Part shown: positions 37,109 through 41,399 of the stretch, piece after piece | Position numbering within the stretch: the first letter of the stretch is position 1 | Layout: each line of letters starts with the position of its first letter | DNA from: a bacterium | GTDB lineage: Bacteria > JAMCPX01 | Assembly: GCA_037439545.1 (NCBI GenBank) | Contig: JBBIVV010000019.1 | Span: 1-41,399, forward strand | Direction: 5' to 3' | Length of the DNA stretch: 41,399 bases | Made by a program: the position numbers and the translations under genes | Notes under the pieces: model-generated | Told to the model about the DNA's origin: nothing | Seen by the model: the letters and a program-made list of their open reading frames with translations, nothing else | Database searches by the model: none

Positions 37109-37678
37109 CTAATCCTCGGTAAAACGCATTTCAGTTACTGCATCTCCCGAAGCCTGGCATTTGACGAGTTGGGACCGCACTTTCGTAGTAAATTTACTCA
37201 TGATCAGGAATTGTTCGATCCAGCCCATCACAGTCCTGGCATGCGCTATATCTATATCAGGAAAGTCTTTGATAAGAATAGTGAGGTGCCTGTCTCTCCC
37301 ATGCTCGGTGTAACTGGCGACTTCCACTTTTCCCGTATCGAAATAGCTGCTCCACATATTCATCACCTGAGAAAGAAGCATCTTTATGTTCATAAACTTT
37401 ATGAAGACTTTGAAAAGAGATGATATATTATCACGTGCTGCGAGCCTGCCCTGTTCTATACAAAATTCCGGATTTGCTTTTCCCACTATAGTATCGAGCG
37501 CCTTGAGCATATCGATATACAGCTTATATGGATACCACTTCGATACGAGTACGTGCTCATCCAGATACCTGATAGAATCCGGCGGAAGTGCACTTTTGAC
37601 CTTGGGCATCAAATCATTTGGTTGCTTTTTTATAAATTTTATCAGCCCCAGTATTGCTATACCTTTTACCTGCGCCAT
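37109..37678 (-). CDS. hypothetical protein, H-NOX/V4R-like (DUF2378-like), paralogue 2
   Basis: SD AGGAG. Motifs VKG, KWYP, W.SYFDTG, GWIE and C...GD...E. About 60% identical to its neighbour by hand count. Confidence 0.8.
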   Translation of the reverse strand: MAQVKGIAILGLIKFIKKQPNDLMPKVKSALPPDSIRYLDEHVLVSKWYPYKLYIDMLKALDTIVGKANPEFCIEQGRLAARDNISSLFKVFIKFMNIKMLLSQVMNMWSSYFDTGKVEVASYTEHGRDRHLTILIKDFPDIDIAHARTVMGWIEQFLIMSKFTTKVRSQLVKCQASGDAVTEMRFTED

Positions 37679-37720
37679 AATTCTCTCCTCTCTAACCCGC
37701 GGCTCATGACTTACTTTTCT

Positions 37721-38290
37721 TTAGTCTGCTTTAAAGTACAATTCCGTGACCCGATCACCGTATTCCGGACATTTTACGATTTTTGGCTCCACCGTTCTGG
37801 CGAACTTGCTCATGATCAGGAATTGTTCGATCCAGCCCACCACGTTTTTGATGTGAGCCATATCCATGTCCGGAAAATCGCTTATAATTACCGCAAGGTG
37901 CTTATCACTGCCGCTATCAGTATAGCTCGAAACTTCCACCTTTCCCGTGTCGAAATAGCTGCCCCACATGGTCATGGCTTTAGCGACAAGCATCTTCGTG
38001 TTGATAAACATAAGGAATATTTTGTAAATTGATGCCACGTCATGCTGTGCTGAAAGTTTGCCCTGCTCTACACAAAACTCAAGGTTTCCTTTGCCGAGTA
38101 TGGTGTCCAGCGTCCTCAACAGGTCGACAAACAACTTATAAGGATACCATTTTGTCGCGAGGATATGTTCTTCCATATAGTGAGCCGAATCGGGCGGGAG
38201 AGCACTTTTGACTTTCGGTAAAAGCTCTTCCGAGTGCTTTTTCATGAATTTAATCATCCCTACTATTGATACACCCTTTACCTGTGCCAT
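37721..38290 (-). CDS. hypothetical protein, H-NOX/V4R-like (DUF2378-like), paralogue 1
   Basis: Same length (189 aa) and motifs as 37109-37678; gap-free alignment. Confidence 0.8.
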   Translation of the reverse strand: MAQVKGVSIVGMIKFMKKHSEELLPKVKSALPPDSAHYMEEHILATKWYPYKLFVDLLRTLDTILGKGNLEFCVEQGKLSAQHDVASIYKIFLMFINTKMLVAKAMTMWGSYFDTGKVEVSSYTDSGSDKHLAVIISDFPDMDMAHIKNVVGWIEQFLIMSKFARTVEPKIVKCPEYGDRVTELYFKAD

Positions 38291-38340
38291 AATTATTCTA
38301 TTTAATACCTTTTCAGGAATGTGTCAACTGCATATAGGAT

Positions 38341-38459
38341 GCAGGGGCGATTCGATGAATCGCTCATTCTTCATCATTTATCGGCAGGGGCTGGCTTTAC
38401 GCCTGCCGTTGAACCGGATAACCGTGAGGGTGCGTCTACACATTAGAGATCACCCTGCG
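38341..38459. repeat. cluster of three intergenic hairpins, the first resembling a GTAG-type REP
   Basis: gcag-gggcgattc-gat-gaatcgctc (38341-38365); cggcagg...cctgccg (38382-38408); agggtg..tcta-cacat-taga..caccct (38427-38456). Confidence 0.55.
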
Positions 38460-38609
38460 TGTAATCTTTTTCTCGTGAACCAATCCACTTTCCGGAGCCT
38501 TTCGAAATGAGAACTGAGACCGAAAAAGGGCTATTGATGGACATCGATGATACATGGTAACCTTGTGTTTATGTGATATTTATGATTTTGAAAAGGACGG
38601 GAAGAATAT

Positions 38610-39878
38610 ATGAAAAACGTTGCTTTAGTAACAATCGGTAATGAGCTTCTGGCAGGTAAGATACTGAATTCGAACGCATCATTTTTAGCTCAAAAATTCA
38701 ACGAGTACGGATTCAGAGTCAGTTCGATACTCAGTATCGCTGATGATAAGGAGATCATTAAGCATGAGATTGGAAGATTGTTACATGAAAACGATCTTGT
38801 CGTGGTTTCAGGCGGATTGGGACCCACGGACGATGATATAACCGTTGAAAGCATCGCAGAGTTGCTTGGTAAAAAACTGGCTCTGGACGAAAAAGCATTC
38901 TCAAAGGTACAAAGCCTTTTCCAGGCACGCAATATTCCCATGACGAAGGACAATGAAAAACAGGCGATGATTGTCGAGGGCTCAACCGTCATACCCAATG
39001 CTGAAGGACTTGCTCCGGGCTCATTGATCACTACAAACGACGGCAAACAACTTATGCTGCTGCCCGCCGTGCCCAGGGAATTACGGTCCATCGTTTCATC
39101 TGACAAAGCAAAAACCGTATTGGGCGTTTCTCCTCACCATGATGCTATTATCACGTTTAAAATATTCAAGGTCCTCGGTATTGCTGAATCCCGGATCAAT
39201 GAGTTGATACGAGCGCCGCTTGCCCTGGCGGGTGACGTCGGGTTCGGAAGCTATCCCCAGGACGACAGTATTCACATTCATCTGACCGGAAAGGGGAAAA
39301 ATACCGAAGAATGCAGAATACAATATAAAACTCTGATTGAGTCAATCCGAAAGATTTTAAACAATAACATCTATGCCGAAGACGATGAGACTGTTGAATC
39401 GTTGGTAGTAAAAAATCTGGCGGCAGGCAATAAATCATTGTTCGTTATTGAGGAGTATACCGGGGGGCTCGTGAGTTATAATTTGATAAAAATGCCCGGC
39501 GCTTCCTGTTGCTACCGGGGCGGCATGATAATCTACAATACGGAATCAATAGGAGATCTCGGGATAAGCCGGCAGGAATATGACACGTACGGAGCAGTGA
39601 GTGAGTACTTTGTAAAAAAGGCTGCGATGCATATGAAGACCAAAAAAGGTGTCGATTTGTGTCTCTGTGTATGCGGACAGGCAGGCCCGGACAGCTCAAC
39701 CAATGATTATCCCGCGGGAATAACGTATATAGCTTTAGCTGCCGATACAGGAGTTTTCGCCAATAAATTCATCGTATCCGGGAAACGAGAGATGGCTCAA
39801 AAACGTTCATCGTTGCTGGCTCTGCATATGGTCAACCTCTATGTAACAAACAAACCGCTTGCGCCTGCTACCATATGA
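38610..39878 (+). CDS. cinA: CinA family protein (COG1058 MoCF-like domain + degenerate PncC domain)
   Basis: Motifs IGNELLAG...NSN, GGLGPTDDDIT, G.APG and GIAES. C-terminal E.YTGG, GAVS and G.AGP. Confidence 0.9.
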   Translation: MKNVALVTIGNELLAGKILNSNASFLAQKFNEYGFRVSSILSIADDKEIIKHEIGRLLHENDLVVVSGGLGPTDDDITVESIAELLGKKLALDEKAFSKVQSLFQARNIPMTKDNEKQAMIVEGSTVIPNAEGLAPGSLITTNDGKQLMLLPAVPRELRSIVSSDKAKTVLGVSPHHDAIITFKIFKVLGIAESRINELIRAPLALAGDVGFGSYPQDDSIHIHLTGKGKNTEECRIQYKTLIESIRKILNNNIYAEDDETVESLVVKNLAAGNKSLFVIEEYTGGLVSYNLIKMPGASCCYRGGMIIYNTESIGDLGISRQEYDTYGAVSEYFVKKAAMHMKTKKGVDLCLCVCGQAGPDSSTNDYPAGITYIALAADTGVFANKFIVSGKREMAQKRSSLLALHMVNLYVTNKPLAPATI

Positions 39879-39994
39879 GACTGCATGAAGGTAATCCCTA
39901 TGAGAAATAACGCAGCAGCATGTACCGAAACCCCATATCCTGTACGACTCGACTCCCGTAACGAGTATTAATCCGCAGAGAAAGTCCGGGGATA

Positions 39995-40339
39995 TTATCG
40001 GATCATGACAAGGAGCATCTTGAACCTGTCCGCTGCATTCAGCGCGTGGGGCTGGTTTGCGGGCATAATTACCATATCTCCTGCTTTTGCGTGGATGGGT
40101 TTGCCGGAGATCGTAATATCGGCGGTGCCTTCGAGCATACATACCAGAGCGTCATAAGGCGCGGTATGCTCGCTGAGTTTCTGATCTTTGTCAAAAGCAA
40201 ACAATGTAACGGTCCCGGAATTTTTGTTTATCACCGTTCTGCTCACCACCGAACCCTCCTGATAATTCGCAAGTCCTGAAATCCCGATTGCCACGGCTAC
40301 AAGGTTCTCCGCAATAGTGCCAGTTTTTTCCTGTTCCAT
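39995..40339 (-). CDS. cupin domain protein
   Basis: SD GGAGGT before ATG 40339. Motifs TLFAFD..Q.LSEHTAP.DA and MPANQPHAL.A...FKMLL. Confidence 0.88.
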   Translation of the reverse strand: MEQEKTGTIAENLVAVAIGISGLANYQEGSVVSRTVINKNSGTVTLFAFDKDQKLSEHTAPYDALVCMLEGTADITISGKPIHAKAGDMVIMPANQPHALNAADRFKMLLVMIR

Positions 40340-40541
40340 AATTACCTCCGATAACGATAAGGTATGTACCGTATTGCAGATTTTAAAGCACGGACTGATA
40401 ATAAATGTCACGGGAGAAATTAGGGAAAATAGGGACATCTATGATAAGTAATGTCATGTGCTGCCCTACCGTCTTCACTAATATTCTCTTGTTGTGTATT
40501 CCAATGAATTTGTTTATAAAATACACAGAGGTGGATGGAAG

Positions 40542-40958
40542 ATGAAGACATACCGCAAGGAACTGTGGTTCAATGTCCCTACGAGGAAAGCATTTATAAA
40601 TATTACATCGAAGATCGAAGAATGCCTCCGGGAAAGTGCTGTCAAAGAGGGGCTTGTGCTGGTAAACGCCATGCATATAACAGCATCTGTTTTTATCAAC
40701 GATAACGAATCCGGACTCCACCATGATTTTGATGTATGGCTCGAAAAGCTTGCACCTCATGAACCAGTAAAGCAATACCATCACAATACCGGAGAAGAAA
40801 ATGCCGATGCGCACCTGAAGCGACAGGTCATGGGCAGGGAGGCCGTGGTCGCTATTACCGGAGGAAAACTCGATTTCGGCCCGTGGGAGCAGATCTTCTA
40901 CGGCGAATTTGACGGCATGCGCAGGAAAAGGGTACTCGTAAAGATTATCGGCGAATGA
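40542..40958 (+). CDS. yjbQ: YjbQ (UPF0047) family protein
   Basis: SD GAGGT before ATG 40542. Motifs [15 protein letters not shown] and [17 protein letters not shown]. Confidence 0.92.
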   Translation: MKTYRKELWFNVPTRKAFINITSKIEECLRESAVKEGLVLVNAMHITASVFINDNESGLHHDFDVWLEKLAPHEPVKQYHHNTGEENADAHLKRQVMGREAVVAITGGKLDFGPWEQIFYGEFDGMRRKRVLVKIIGE

Positions 40959-41188
40959 CCGGGGTAGTGCGTTCCCCGTGTCAAAGCTCCCATGTTATAT
41001 CGTATTCACAGTTGATAAAAGATGTACCCGTCATAATAGGCTTTTTCTAAAGTCTCAGATGTATTGTCAAACAGGTGCTGGAGGGATATTTACACAGATA
41101 ATCTGACATACTCTATCTTGGAAAGTAGTGACTGTGTTTAGATTCATTAAACGTTGGGACAGTAATGATTAACACTTTCTGTTGATAG

Positions 41189-41298
41189 TTAACCCCGTTG
41201 GAAAGGACGTGGCTTTAACCCACGCCCTTTCTATAAGGAATTAAAAAATTATCATATTAGCCCCACCATAAATGGCGGGGCTTTCTCACGGGGGTAAA
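41189..41298 (+). mobile_element. ~110-bp MITE/REP-like element with terminal inverted repeats and two internal hairpins
   Basis: Ends are TTAACCCCGTTGGAAAG and CTTTCTCACGGGGGTAAA. Hairpins GAAAGGACGTGG/CCACGCCCTTTC and AGCCCCACCAT/ATGGCGGGGCT. Homologous copy at 1252-1359. Confidence 0.8.
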
Positions 41299-41364
41299 GG
41301 AAATTTGTAATAATCTGTGAATTATGTAATGTGTAGATCTAATGCTGTTTCTAAGGAGCGTTTC

Positions 41365-41399
41365 ATGAATGAATTTAGAGTAAATACGGTTTGTGATGA
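41365..41399 (+). CDS. possible start of a window-truncated CDS (MNEFRVNTVCD...)
   Basis: AAGGAG at 41353-41358, ATG 6 nt later, open to the window end. Too short to assign a product. Confidence 0.4.
   Translation, partial: MNEFRVNTVCD

Noticed and set aside
2073..40814. Numerous 60-160 aa antisense or out-of-frame ORFs in the track
   Set aside because: They are nested within well-supported genes and show no recognisable motifs; treated as shadow ORFs

Overview
This 41.4-kb window is gene-dense chromosomal DNA from a diderm bacterium, probably deltaproteobacterial-type (inferred from gene families only). The left half is a Wzy-type exopolysaccharide locus (two GT4s, a priming sugar transferase, a phosphomannomutase, wza, wzc and a PHP-type tyrosine phosphatase) interleaved with yicC-gmk and purH-purD. 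It is bracketed by two halves of a candidate extracellular alpha-glucan-sensing module. An ECF sigma factor and a transmembrane anti-sigma factor with a CBM48 domain sit at one end; an exported stand-alone CBM48 protein and an exported helical hypothetical protein sit at the other. The right half holds a Cys-rich MerR regulator, an MBL-fold hydrolase, a HAMP-GGDEF protein with a non-canonical active site, addAB, bioA, a metallopeptidase/beta-propeller/beta-barrel fusion and a MATE transporter. It also holds a tRNA-Leu(CAG) / tRNA nucleotidyltransferase / PBP unit, an FLVCR-like MFS transporter, tandem H-NOX/V4R-like paralogues, cinA with a degenerate PncC domain, a cupin and yjbQ. A ~110-bp MITE-like element occurs in two full copies and one short copy, and several REP-like hairpins are present. 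I saw no CRISPR array, rRNA, transposase or phage genes. Family assignments come from recognising motifs by eye; no database searches were run.
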